Positions 1-15,000 of a DNA stretch of 41,527 bases are shown here, piece after piece; within the stretch, counting starts at the first letter, position 1, and the number at the start of each line of letters is the position of its first letter. The notes beneath the pieces are model-generated. The model was not told the DNA's origin. It saw only the letters and a program-made list of their open reading frames with translations, and did no database searches. The position numbers and the translations under genes were made by a program. The DNA lies in the NCBI GenBank assembly GCA_024704765.1, contig JAKMXF010000060.1:1-41527 (forward strand), given 5' to 3'. This stretch comes from Oopsacas minuta (taxonomy: Eukaryota; Animalia; Porifera).

Positions 1-281
1 CCAATTACAAAGTGCGAATATATACTGAGTGGGGTATATTTGTACCCCAATTACAAAGTGCGAATATATACTGAGTGGGGTATATTTGTACCCCAAATAT
101 AAAGTGCGAATATATACTGAGTGGGGTATATTTGTACACCAATTACAAAGTGCGAATATATGCTGAGTGGGGTATATTTGTACCCCAATTACAAAGTGCG
201 AATATATACTGAGTGGGGTATATTTGTACCCCAAATACAAAGAGCGAATAAATACTGAGTGGGGTATATTTGTACCCCAAT
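1..281. repeat. 46-bp tandem minisatellite, about 6 units, truncated by the window start
   Basis: The unit ccaattacaaagtgcgaatatatactgagtggggtatatttgtacc starts at 1, 47, 93, 139, 185 and 231, with a partial unit at 277. Each unit contains the hairpin tggggta-tatttg-tacccca. Confidence 0.97.
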
Positions 282-327
282 TTTTTCTGGGGTACAAAAA
301 TACCCCACCTAGCCATACTCGGGTTAA
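282..327. mobile_element. Possible right end of a piggyBac-like non-autonomous element that carries the 46-bp array
   Basis: An inverted partial repeat unit (tggggtacaaaaataccccac, 288-308) is followed by ...ctcGGG-TTAA (321-327). TTAA-CCC termini are typical of piggyBac. The other end lies outside the window. Confidence 0.35.
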
Positions 328-739
328 AAGGAATACACACTAATAATTCAGAGTAAAAACTAGTGGAAACAAATTTTGCGGTCAACAGGATGGCTAATGG
401 CCGAGAGAAATAATTAAAAACTTTTCACAATATTGTATCCGTAATATCTGATTAAAATTTTCGTAGCTCAGGAAAATGAATGATCTATTCAAAATCAGCA
501 CACTCACTTTGCTTGGAAAGCATGTAGATGAACAATAGTATGCATCATAAATTCAATAGATTACTGAAATAGCTTCTATCATTTATATAACGGATGTATA
601 AACATAGAATACAGCAATCAAGTGTTGCATTTGATTGACCACAAAAATTGAAATACTTAACTATTTCAGCTGATACTTCACATATTGCTCATTGAAAGAA
701 TTCGGGCCTAATGCACCAAAGTAGCCCACTGTGAGCAAG

Positions 740-1888
740 GGCAAGGTTTACGAACTACAGTTGTCCATAAATACATCAAATCGGAAATGATCGATAGCCT
801 CATCTATCTCAGGTGCCTTTTCTTAAATCTATGAAATGTCGAGCAACTTACAAAATAAGTCAGGATACAAATTTGACCAATCAATTGCAAGCCAACACAA
901 CCATAGTGATACTGACTATGGCACACATTTACGAGCTCAAAACTAAACGAAAAACAATTTCAAAATATTCACAGAGCAATATCAGACAGATTTCAATGAT
1001 GCCACATTAAATGAACCTTCTGCATGTGATATATAATTTGCACTATGCGAATCTTCAATGTACCGCGCAAAAGAACATTGAAGCACCTAATCGCTCAGAC
1101 AGCTTCGGAATCAGGGTTCTGTTACCGACGACAACTTATGGAGATTATTACAAATTTTCCGTAAGGTATAGAAATGATGTGGGAGTTGTTTCCTACTCAG
1201 ACCAAATCGGCACTCTCCGTCAGAAATTCGAGTATCCAGCTCAATGAATCTTTTCAGGATAAGGATTCAGTTCTTTCAGCTTTGGACTATATTCATAGCT
1301 GTGGAGAATCATTCTTTTCACTTCTTGATGACTGTAAAAAGTCAGGATTTGTTCCAGCATTATATTGGAATAAATAATGCAAACTCTCCCATTTCAAGCC
1401 TTTGGCATCCATGTCGGAATGGATCTAGCAGCTCGGAATACCATTCGAGGAGCCATGTGTATGGTTGTTGGTACCATTTGGCACAAGGTAATTGGATGAA
1501 GACACGAAAGCTTGGACTAAGCGATAGTTTGAGAATTAACAACAAAATGACTAAATACATCAAACAACTGATGCTATCGTCTTTTAGCCCTTTTTTGCCC
1601 TCTTCACAAATTAACCCCACTTTTGGGTTTCTTTAAATTCCTACCCTGGAACAGGAAGATATGGTAAAGCTCGAAACACTAAAGGAATACTTTCAAAAAT
1701 GCTGGGTTAGCCCAAATTTCATCAGAGAAACATTCAATCCACGAGCTAAATATCGCAACGAATAATTCAGCATAGAGATCCCATTTAAAATAAATCGATA
1801 AATATTACTGGTCATCCTCGAATATAGACATTTGTCAATACACTTAATGATTAATACAGCACATAGAAAGGATATCGGTAGTTTATAC
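740..1888 (+). pseudogene. MULE (Mutator-like) transposase remnant, N-terminal and core part
   Basis: Motifs across frameshifts: FLYWCH/WRKY-like zinc finger (IYLRC..KCRAT..QHNH, about 800-910), IQLNESF in place of xQFDGTF, IQFFQLWTIF, MDLAARNTIR, HVYGCWYHLAQ..W.K.RKLGL, EYFQKCW, ATNNSA and HPRI*TF. Confidence 0.75.
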
Positions 1889-4325
<2,437 letters not shown>

Positions 4326-4333
4326 GTTTACAC

Positions 4334-4699
4334 CAAGGTAGAGAAACAAGTCAGCAAAGGAAAATATACATATTGAAAACAAAAAAATCTTGTAAATCAA
4401 GATCAAAAGATGTACGCCGAAATTTCTCGAATCAATCAGGGATACAATTTGGAACAGAACAAAGATAATTCTCCCTCCAGTGATTCCGAACCTGAAGGTG
4501 AAAGTGATGAAATTGACACATCTGAAAAAAATGAGTTGTATCTTGTATGTCGATCACCTCGTACAACTACCAGGAATTTCATGTCGTGTATGCATGCTGC
4601 ACTTGTACGGAAAGTAGTGAGAGGCTTGAAGAAATAGAACAGCCTTGTACGGTCTGTCGTTCTACAGTTCAAAGAAGATTTCAAAATTTTGTTAAATAA
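4334..4699 (+). pseudogene. MULE C-terminal part with an acidic linker and a degenerate C3HC4 RING finger
   Basis: Removing the hAT and one TSD copy gives an in-frame join, DIGSLY|QGRETSQQRK. After a frameshift comes SDSEPEGESDE, then ELYLVCRSP..SCMHAA-(frameshift)-CTESSERL..QPCTVCRSTVQRRFQNFVK*. Confidence 0.7.
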
Positions 4700-4833
4700 C
4701 TTAAGGGAAATGTTTAATGTTTTAATATATTTTTTTATGTTTTCATTAAACTTTAATAAAGTGATCATCATTTTCCATGACAATAATATATAATCAAAAT
4801 CTATTACAACTTGTGAAGTAGTGGCAAAATGGA

Positions 4834-4933
4834 TTCTAACTTGTGTCAGTACTCAGTATAAGCAAGAGGTGCTTCTAACTTAGGACGATTGATAGAATTC
4901 TAAATTATGACAGTATCAAAACTCTAACTTATA
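4834..4933. repeat. Four spaced copies of a TTCTAACTT-like motif
   Basis: Copies at 4834, 4873, 4898 and 4922. They could be subterminal repeats of the MULE, but no partner end was found. Confidence 0.4.
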
Positions 4934-4959
4934 CAGGTACGAGGATATCAGTAGAGGGA

Positions 4960-5423
4960 CTACTAGATCTTCAGGAGACCTTAGATGACCAAAGGATCTA
5001 TGTCGAGGTCCGAATTGTCAAAACCAGCGGTCTACTGATTGTCACAATCATCAATATAGTCATAAATTGTAATATAATTCCACAATCGACTACAGTACAC
5101 CTGGATTATCCGAACTAGGGATGGAGTCGGTAAATCTACTTTTGGCTAGAAAGTTAATAACAAAACTCCAATGGCAGTTAACCAGTCGTGAAGCGAAGAA
5201 CAAGAGAAGCACGCTCGAAGACAGTGGCGGGGTTAGCACACGACTCCTGATGGGTCCAAAAATGGTTGAGTTATACCTCCTGGGGCTGACCTGCATTGCA
5301 TTTCTGATACGTAGTAATGATCTTTTTAACAAAGATGTCAAATTTGTACATTCTGAAATCCAGGTAATGGAACTATATGAGAATTACGTGTCTGTGTATT
5401 CCAGGCACTCTCAACTCGAATAG
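4960..5423 (+). pseudogene. Possible decayed P-loop NTPase (NACHT/STAND-like) fragment
   Basis: WIIRTRDGVGKST followed, after a frameshift, by LARKLITKLQWQ resembles a Walker A region (GxxGxGKSTLARKL). The first Gly is missing and no Walker B was found. Confidence 0.3.
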
Positions 5424-6022
5424 AGTAATATATGACATCAATATCAAAAAAAAGTTACATACAATCGAATTCGAGGTATTTTTACATCGGGTTATTTTGG
5501 CCAATCGGATTTCTAGGTATCCAAAATGATCCTGTCTATCAGTATTTAGCATAATAGAATATTTTGTCTATGGGGATAATTTATCTTTTTGGTAGTGCAA
5601 TCAAATGGACAAAATAACCCAATTTCGACTGTATGTATGACAAAAATGCGAAATTTGGAATCGTAGTACTGCATTATCCCTGTGTTGAGGTTTAGAGCAT
5701 GATCTAGTGTACGTATATGATCATTATTATGAGATTTGGATCTGTATACATTATCTTTATAAAACAACAGCAAATTATAAATAAGATTGCCCTAATTATT
5801 CATATTGATTTCTTACTGTACCATGATTATGAATTAACAATTTGTGACCCAACAATTGGCGACATTCGAATATCCCATGAATACTGATAATGAAATAATT
5901 CTTTAGTTATGTAAATAGATAGCGCGCTCATCACTGATGGGGCGCTAGCCGCATCTAGCCTAATGCTAGCGGCACCACTGCCCGTAGACATGAAAAGGGC
6001 TGAGAAAACAAATATAAAATTA

Positions 6023-6192
6023 CAACCTGTGGGGACAGCTTAGTCAATTAAATTCAATTTGTTAAAAAGTGGCACTATTAATTGGAGGAATTATGAAAAG
6101 TCAAAATAAATTCCAATGCACATAGTGCATCCAATTAATAGTTCCCTGTTAAACAAAATGAATTTAATAGACTAAGCTATCGGCACTGGTTG
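6023..6192. mobile_element. Foldback MITE, 170 bp
   Basis: The arms 6023-6086 and 6130-6192 are about 63-bp imperfect inverted repeats (caacc.gtg..ga.agcttagtc.attaaattca.tttgtt.aa.ag...actattaattgga). TA precedes the left arm, and the right TSD is not conserved. Confidence 0.8.
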
Positions 6193-6963
6193 AGATTGTA
6201 CATATTTTCCTCGCTCCACTCGGATTTCAAATCCATCATACAATATATTTACAATTTACTATGATTAACCAGTCCAAAAATGTTCAATTTGTTTGCAATA
6301 ATTATCAGTTGACTAAATAATATTAATAGAAGGGAATACTGGAGGAGATTTCATCGGTACAAATTCAAGAGTGTCCAATTCGTAATCAGCGTATTGAATT
6401 ACCCCCTTTTGCTGTTTAGAACAATCTCCCATGATTAATCAAAGGTTATAGATTGGGAAATACATATCTTATAAATTATCCATAGGTAATTTGAAAAATA
6501 TTATATTCATAAATATTATTGAAATAACTAAAGCTACCGTTAGATTTAGATATTCAATGAATGCATATTATATACAACACAAGAAGTACCTATTGTTTAA
6601 CTAATAAATATTCAACGTCTAAGAACGTTAGAATTATTAACGATGACAGAGTGCTATATAATGAATATTTTTCTTTTACCTGCAGCAAAAAACTATAACC
6701 AATATAAAATGCTAGAAGAGTACGAAGGTGTAAAATATTTTCTCTTTCTAAATGGGTGAAAATTTTGGCACCTTTCCTGTCATAATTTTTGCTGGAGGTC
6801 TGACAAAGGTTGACCAGTGTGAAATAGTGGCACTTGATGTCCGATTGCTTAGCAAAGGGGAGAGGAACACCCGACGAATATTATCAATATTTCTCACACC
6901 ATATATCACCTGAATTCTATCCAGTTTACCTGCAGGGCTTTTGCAGAGAAAAAAAAGAAAAAG

Positions 6964-7057
6964 AATATAGGCAACCATTTCAATACCGGGCCACTATACA
7001 AAAGTATAATCGGCACAGTAAAAATATAGGCAACAATTTCAATACTGGGCCATTATT
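6964..7057. repeat. Two imperfect direct repeats with a 59-bp period
   Basis: aatataggcaaccattttcaataccgggccactat at 6964 and aatataggcaacaatttcaatactgggccattat at 7023. Confidence 0.7.
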
Positions 7058-10000
7058 CTAAACAATAGACAGCATAGTAAGAAATATATCTACCCACGCC
7101 ATATTTTTGCGATTATGACAAAGATTCGACTTCCATGGCTAAATTTAACAAGAATATATCCCATGTGGCATTAAGTATAAGCATTCTAGGATGTTAAGAC
7201 AAAAATAATATAATATGAATGAAAAATCGAAGGGCTGAAATTTGACAAGTAGGGGTTTTTGGGGACTGGCTTGGACAAGTTCCAAGTCTAGGAAAATTGA
7301 CAAGATGACAACTACGATAGGAAGAATTACAAAGAAATTGTCACTCCTCGGCATTCTAAACAAATATTTAATTAGCAACTGCTCAGCCAATATATATGAT
7401 TATGGGTTTAAGATTTGATGGAATATGTAGGCGACTAAAACCTAACAAGCTAACCAAATATTTCACAAAAGTGCATACTAATCGCATTAATATTACGTCA
7501 TCATTATTTAGCAAACGAAGTAAATTCATTAAATTAGATTACTTACATCGATGTCGAGGTTGGAAGTTGGATGTTTGTGGGTATATCTTGAGAGGTGTTT
7601 TCTTGAGAATGGGAGGAATTGCAATTTTATTCAAATTGAGCTTGGGTAGGGTAGCAGAAATTTGAAGATTGTGTATAACCGGTAGTGTATGTATGTATGT
7701 ATGTCTGCCTTCTTGGAGGAAAAGCACTGATGAATCACTAAAATTTATCTTGAGATAATAATGATGTTAGAAGGAAAATAAACATACAGAATAATAACAG
7801 TGGATGCTGGTAATAAGAACATTCTAGTTATACGATTAATCTTGAGGAAAATAGTCCTTATAAAGCTATACTATTAAATGAGCAGTGTCTGTCTGAATAC
7901 CTGTAGGCATGTAACTATGGATCTATGACTGTCTTCATCAGTCATTAGGTATGAACCAGTGGTCAAAGAAGGTCGACAATGGTACCAAATGACGAAGAAA
8001 AATTTTACAAACATTGCAAATTCTTTCATCAGAATTTCAAGATTGTCACACATCTTTGAGATATGGTGTGAAATGATCTTGGCCAACCAGTTCGAGGGTC
8101 TATCAATTGAGATTATCTTACCCTATCAGGTCCTAGCCTCAGACACAGGTCAATTAAAATGAAGAAAATATTCAAAACTTAAAATTTAGCAAAATTGGCA
8201 AATGCAAACTGAATCACCATGTAACTATGCGAAAAAATATAGTAGATTTAGGCTGTAGCCTGTAGCCTGTGAAACGTCTATAGTCAGTCGTTAAATGTTC
8301 AATAAGTATATAGTAAATATTACTAACTAAAGCAGAACACAGGAGGCACCCGAATGGTAACTTCTTCGAACACGATGTGTTCGAAGGACCTGCAGCGATA
8401 GCAAGCGTGAACTGGCGAGTACTATACAATAAATTATGGCTATAATAACCTACATTATTACTGGCAAGGATGTTCTTCTAACGGCATTTACTGTACTAAT
8501 TGGTCACTAAACAATATATGCGGCTAGGTAACGAGTGTTAACTTAGTAAAGGATTCAGCAGAGTATTCAAATCCCAACGAAACCTCATTTACTAAAAAAT
8601 ACGGGTTCTATTTTGAAAAGAACGATATTTAGGGTAAAGAAGAAAGTTGGTATATTTCATATTATCACTTATAATCACAGATCGTTCATGAATATGCAAT
8701 TTTAGGATATAATGAGATACATTTCAGCTGGCGTTAATTCATAGTATGTGTAATGCTTTCGTAAATGTGATATCGATATATATCTTGAAAAATGTTAGGA
8801 AAGAGTGGCTACAAACTCTGCCTAAATAATGCATGGTATTGGCTTTAACATTAATAGGAAATTTATGTTAAATAAAGAAGTGAGAAAAGTTGTTTTGGTA
8901 TTCCTTTGAATATCTGGTGAGTCGTACTAATATTACTAAGATAGAGTCTGTGTTCACTTCTTTTCGTTATGTGTTTAAGACTAATAATTAAATGAACATA
9001 TTTGAACTAATATTAAAACATCAGAGTATTAGATTAGTCACATTTATTGTGATTTAGATGATACAATGAAAGTTTAGATGATAAGGATGGTAAGACCCTA
9101 AGAGACAGATCTCCCTTTGGCAAACATTCTGCATATCATAAAATGGGGCCACATAACCCACTGGGTTTGATTTAACCCAATTCTTGAAGTTCTCAAGAAT
9201 TTCGAAGTCATTCCATATTAAACTTCCAAATGACGAAGCAAATTTGAATATGTGATAAAAATTTGCGTAGCCATTATTTTTAAGTTTGATACTGAATCAC
9301 TTAGAAATCCTTGAGAATTTCAAAATTTGGGCTAAATAATTGAAGTCATAAAATGATACAATTTCTAGGCTGTATTCGGTTAATAAGGATAGCAGAGACG
9401 AAATCTCCAATATGCTTTCAACAAGAACATTCGAATAAAATCTTAACAAATTAAGAATACAATTATGGAAATTTCTAGACAAATTCAAAAAATAGTCCCA
9501 ATTGGCCCGTTTACTGTGAAAAATCGCCCTTATCCCGATTTCATTTTAAATGTCTTTGGAGAATTTGTCAATGCAATTGTGTCCATTGACAGAATGAACA
9601 TTCAAAAACTGGTAAAATGCCGGCGGAATACCGGTGTTTACCACCTTTTGACATTAAGATACTATCTATATATCATTTGAATTAATTTTACCAAATTTTG
9701 GCACTAAAAAAGGATTTTTGCTACAAACGTCAGAAAATTTCTACATTTAGTTATATGTATTTAACCAGTATTTGTTGAATAAATTAGCTATAAGTAGGAG
9801 GTACCATTAATATTGATTATGGGAGGCAATTTCCATCTATCGAGAGGGTGAAGTTCTCTCAGGTTGAAAATGAGGACGACACGGCCGGAACTCTTTACTC
9901 TGGCTGCGCAGTAGAATGCGGCCCAAAAATCCGCAAATGACTGCCTCATGACACAGCAAATATTCAATATTCCTCTATAATAACCAACCACGGTAGTAGT

Positions 10001-11427
10001 ATTACATTCCTAACAAAAAGGAAAACTATAATTTTGCACACAATTTCAGAAACCCTCGTCTGTGTAGTATTACTTTACATAATCCTCGTTGAAGAGCCAG
10101 CCAGTGAGTTGTTTCTCTAAATCTACCAAATGTATCCCCCATATATGAACTTTTTTACGCTACTCTGAGAAACACTTTGTAATATTTAAGTGTAAAACTG
10201 ATAATGAGATTGTAGCAGATGTTGTTTTGCCAATAAATTTACATTGATCAGGAAAACCACCTGTAAAACTAATTTTTACAGAGGTGTATATTAGGAATCT
10301 AAAAAATATCACAGGTTTTTTACTCATTATGCATAATGTAAACATCCGAATCAATCAAAAGGATGACATATTGCAGAATAAAGAATCCAAATATTTATGA
10401 TTCTCAATTATGAATTGTTTGACTAATTGTCTTGTTGGGAGTTGACTGGACAAATCATAGTTGTACGAATCTTCGGAATTCCGTCAGATACATGAATTAC
10501 TGCATCTTTGATTCTAAAATTCATCGTGAGTGACCAAGTACTGAATGTTCTACATAGGATTCGAATGCAGAAATCAATTGTACGATTTCAGATCTTTATT
10601 AATGAAGACTTTGAATATTTATTGTGTTTACAATTTAATTAAATTATAGTCTGGAAATCCGAAATTAGAGTCTCAAACACAGTTTAGGTAGTTTTCCCAA
10701 TTAAATTAGGTTTAGCATAGTGTAATAACCAGTTTTGACCATAAAATAGGGTTTAACCCACTAAATAGGGGTGTACTCCGGTTTAAACCATGGGGGAGGT
10801 TAAACTAGCCAACTCTGTTTAAATATAAAATAATACATGGTAGCAATTTAGAAATGACATACCGCGCATGTATGAATAGATAAATAGATTATATTTTCAT
10901 AACTTATAATCGAAACACCCAGCTATAGCATTGAAAATATTCACCTATACTTAAAAATATGGATGATCAATTAGATTATAAGAGGATCTCAAATTGGATA
11001 GTGATCGGATCAGACATCCTTTTAGAATTTGAGATCGGCACGGGGAACGCAGATCATAATTTCAACCATGATCGGGGTGGGATCTAGATCCTATAATTGA
11101 GGATCTTCTAATTCCTAGATAGGATGCACATTTTCGGCTTCCAGACAGAGTTGTGGATTTTATTTATCCGGAATTTGATTGACTATTATTATTAGTTAGA
11201 TTTGGATTTGATTAAATATTTGAGTCAAATCATTTTGAAAATTTGGTGGCTGGTGCTCATATTAACGGTGAATAATTATCTGTACAATACAGTAATATAT
11301 ACTATTATATCTACTGTTGTGTAATACGTCTTTTAGATTATTACACGTTATGCACGTATTATCTACATAATATTATATTAAATCATATCTAACTAAGTAC
11401 GCATCTCAATAAATTCTCTCAATATTA

Positions 11428-11505
11428 TTTAGATTTGATTTGGATGTATTTGATTTCGACTTGAATTGATTTGATTCGGATTTGAATGAAATATCAATCA
11501 AATCC
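11428..11505. repeat. Degenerate (GATTT)n-like simple repeat
   Basis: tttagatttgatttggatgtatttgatttcgacttgaattgatttgattcggatttgaa. Confidence 0.5.
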
Positions 11506-12289
11506 ACAGGTGCTTCCAGGACGGGGTAATTTAAGTAAATAAATTCAAGAACCAATAATTGTTGAGTCAATTGTGATTTCAATACTAGATCCATTAGCTA
11601 ATATATTTGTGCACTATGAAGCGAAATATTCTGGAGAGAAGCATACAACTCTCCTGAATGTTAAAAACTTAACTCACTTAATTGTCTTTCTCCCGGACTC
11701 GTGCATTTAGCATGCATCCAATCAAAAACACAGAATTAGTAGAAAATGTAGAATATAAAGGAAAGAGCAACAAAATTGGAGAGCAAAATTATGAAGTAAA
11801 AACAAAAAGAGTATAGTAAAGGGTAGATTATTGTGAACCAAGAACCCAAAGAGAGTGTTACAATATAATTGATAAAATATATACAAAATAATAAGCGAAA
11901 AGATTGATTACGAATGTCGAAGGAAACATTTATCAGGAATCCGACGTGACTCAGGATAAGAGAGTTCATAATAGGCGTCAAAGAATGTAGATATAAATAG
12001 AATATATCAGAATATATACAGAAATTAAATTAAGTATAATCAAAATTCAAATCAACAAAGAAGATGAGGTATAATATCTAGTCATTCTAGTGAACTGAGT
12101 AAGTTGTCCACAATAATGTAAGAAAAGGAAATGTGCTATTTATCCTCCAGACATAGGCATGATTACTATCTGGCCGAAAGAAGCAAAAAAATCAAAAAAT
12201 CTTATAAAATCACAATATTAGAATAGGGTAAGTATATATTTTAATTCGGACATATTTGTATCTAAGCAGTATAGTAGTTTGAGGAAATG

Positions 12290-12719
12290 ACTGAAACAAA
12301 GTATCTCAAAAAACATGGGACACGAGATTTGGTGATGGTGGTGAGACTATTAACTTAAGAATTTCTAGGATGATTTGTTGCATTTGTTTTGAGAAAACAA
12401 AAAAATTGTTAGTTCTTTTTCATATATTAAAAATAGGTAAGTTTTTCTCATGAACACTGATGGACCTGACTACAATGTTCCTGAATCATAATTTAGCTTA
12501 GGCCTTATTGCAAAATATTGGAACATCTAGGATGTGTGTGTGGTAGTATATTTTATGGTCACCTCAAGAACATGTATTTAGTCCTTTTTGGATTTTTGAG
12601 CTGGTGAGCTACACACATGAACACCGATAGGCCTAAATATATGCATTTGACCAAATAATATTTATATATACTAGGGCTATTGTGAGAATATTGCAATTTC
12701 TAGAATGTAATTGTTAATT
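12290..12719 (+). repeat. Degenerate 167-bp-period repeat block, inverted relative to 13880-15000
   Basis: atgaacac.gat.g.cct.a anchors at 12450 and 12617 (167 bp apart). 12564-12645 aligns with the reverse complement of about 14020-14103. Confidence 0.6.
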
Positions 12720-13879
12720 CAGGGCGTAGCCATGAAAATACAAGTGCTCCTGTTGAATACAGCAAAACAAGGTCAAGTGGTCAGATAAAGTTATATAATA
12801 CAGGGGCGTCAGAAATGCCATGATTGCCGCGGCATGAATTTCCAAAGCAATATTATCTTGCACTTGATTAAAGTTTATGATATGTGAAAGATTCTTGCAT
12901 AGACCGAATATTCTGTATTTTTAATTATTTGCCTTAAAATTTATTATTGATTAATCAATGTCAACATCAACGATATAAGCGCTGGATACTATTTTCGTAT
13001 TCAATATATTCAATTCTTGCAACATTTCTCGGGGAATGCAACTAAATTTGATTTGAATATAACTGAAAGCGCCCTAAATTTTCGCATATCTTAGGCTTGT
13101 TTCTACGGAAAAATTATATATTTTGAAATCATAATTTCAAAAAAAAAGATATTAACTAAATATTGATAAAGGCCTGGACAATGATGAAGATTACATATAG
13201 CTTGACGAGTATATCCAATATTATGATTTTTGGGTCTACGACTACCGAGGCTCATAGAACAAGACCCCAATGTTATCACAATAATAGGCTACTTTGGAGT
13301 GAGTGGAAGGATTCTAAAATTGGTGTACCAATGTATATTCACTATCCCTGCTAAGAATCGGCCAGGAAATGGCTTAATTTCCATCTTTGTGGGCGGTCCA
13401 ATGTTTTCAAACGCCGAGTGATCAGCCTAATAAGGGTAGACCGCTTAGCTGGGGAACTATGTAAACTATTAAGTATTTACAATTCCCTTATGGGTGGGTA
13501 AACCTTACTTTTGATAATATTATCAATAAGCAGCGAGCTGCGGTAATAATGTTTTCCTTCCGACGGCGCTGAATATAACCTGAACAAATGGCCAGGTTGA
13601 ACTATACAACCTGACAGATTGTGAGATTTAGGAAACTGCAGGCAAAAGTAGTCAGGTTGAAACAGGAACAACCGGATCGGTGACTACGGCCCTGTATTAT
13701 TAGTTCACAATCAATATAGAATCGGGACATGAAAATTTGGGCCGATCAATGGTTGTGTGAGGACAGATCGATCCCAAGAATTAAATACAAATACAAATAC
13801 AAGTCTTGGTGGTGGCTCTAAATGAAAAAGTAATGAAAACATTTTTGAAATAGAATAATATTACTGGAGCATTAGTAAA

Positions 13880-15000
13880 TATTATGATTCGGAAACTTTT
13901 ACATTAATGCACATTGTCATGTGAATGATAGACAGATTAAAGAAAATCCAAAGAGCACCGATAAATTCAGGAAAATACAACTTGATCTCAAGAGTCACAA
14001 AAATATTTTTGATACGTAAACAAACATATTGAGGTCCATCCATGGATATGTGAGTGACTGACATATTCAAATATTCCAAGAACCACAGGATACATATCTT
14101 GGTGGTGTTCATACCTCCTAACCCACGGATGGAGTATTTCTGTGGTATTGGAGAAATAGTGGGCAGAAATATGGTTTGGCGATTGCGAAATAAAGAGTCG
14201 GGCTCTGACAAAGTATATAAACAATCTTAGCTGCATAAAACAGTTTAGAACACATTGATATTTCTACATCATACATTGGTGCAACAGTCGGGGACTTGGG
14301 GCCATTTTGAAAATTTCGTCCAGAATCAAATCGCTACGTATGAGTATATATCAAATAATTAGAATAGGACAAATTATAGTTAGGACCATCAGTAATAGTG
14401 TGAGCGACCAGAAGATTCGAAATGTTACAAAAAACACAAAAACAAGTTTTGGTTGGGTCGATAATCTGAAATGTGGCAGTCATAATCAAGAGAACACGAT
14501 ATAAAATTTCAATAGGCTTAGATTATGTCATAATTGACACTCAATCATAAGACATAAATTGACATGTGCGTTGTTGATAGATTCCTAACGTTCCAAAAAA
14601 GCACAAGAAACAAGTTTTGGCAATGGATATAAAATACAAAGCAAAACACGGTCAATAATTAAAATCTTGGAGCAATATAATTATTAGACAATTGATGAGT
14701 AAACAGTTTGTATTTGGACATAGCAATGGTCATGACTGTAACTGGCAGATTAAAGAAATTCCAAATTACACAAAAACAAGTTTTGCTGCTTGCGATAAAT
14801 CTAAAAGTCACTAAAAGTTCAAGAAATTACAAACACATTTCATAAGCTATAGAATATGTTGTAATACGGAAAGATACATATTTTGGCCCATCCATGGTTA
14901 TGAGAGCGATGAAAGATTCATTATGCCCCAAAAAGCATAAAACCCATATTTTGGTTACTGGTATGCTCAAAATGTCACGAAGAAAATTAAGAAATAACAA
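13880..15000 (-). repeat. Degenerate 167-bp-period satellite-like array
   Basis: The cacaaaaacaagttttg-like anchor occurs at 14435, 14602, 14769 and 14936, exact 167-bp steps. The atatt..g.ccatccatgg anchor occurs at 14026 and 14878, about 5 x 170 bp apart. Confidence 0.7.

Noticed and set aside
1-281. CRISPR array
   Set aside because: The units are contiguous 46-bp tandem copies with no unique spacers, the context is eukaryotic and no cas genes are present.
1011-1247. Fibronectin type III domain (YKFSVRYRNDVG)
   Set aside because: The segment lies between the zinc finger and the DDE core of the MULE remnant, so the resemblance to FN3 is most likely coincidental.
7145-7390. Secreted protein with a signal peptide (minus-strand ORF)
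   Set aside because: Hydrophobic translations are expected from AT-rich DNA, and there is no downstream domain or splice support.
8364-8386. 10-bp hairpin cttcgaacac-gat-gtgttcgaag as a terminator or element end
   Set aside because: It is too short and isolated, with no U-tract, partner end or TSD.
9180-9210. Heat-shock element (TTC/GAA run)
   Set aside because: The nGAAn phasing breaks after two units, and it reads as a simple palindrome.
11736-12200. GPCR-like multi-pass membrane pseudogene (IIYPLLY resembling NPxxY)
   Set aside because: The F/I/L/Y-rich frame is explained by base composition, there are several stops, and no diagnostic motif is present. A profile search would be needed.
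12720-13694. Single hAT MITE bounded by cagggcgtag and ctacggccctg
   Set aside because: The ends are similar but the flanks match only 5/8, and there is a competing left end at 12801, so boundaries are unsupported.
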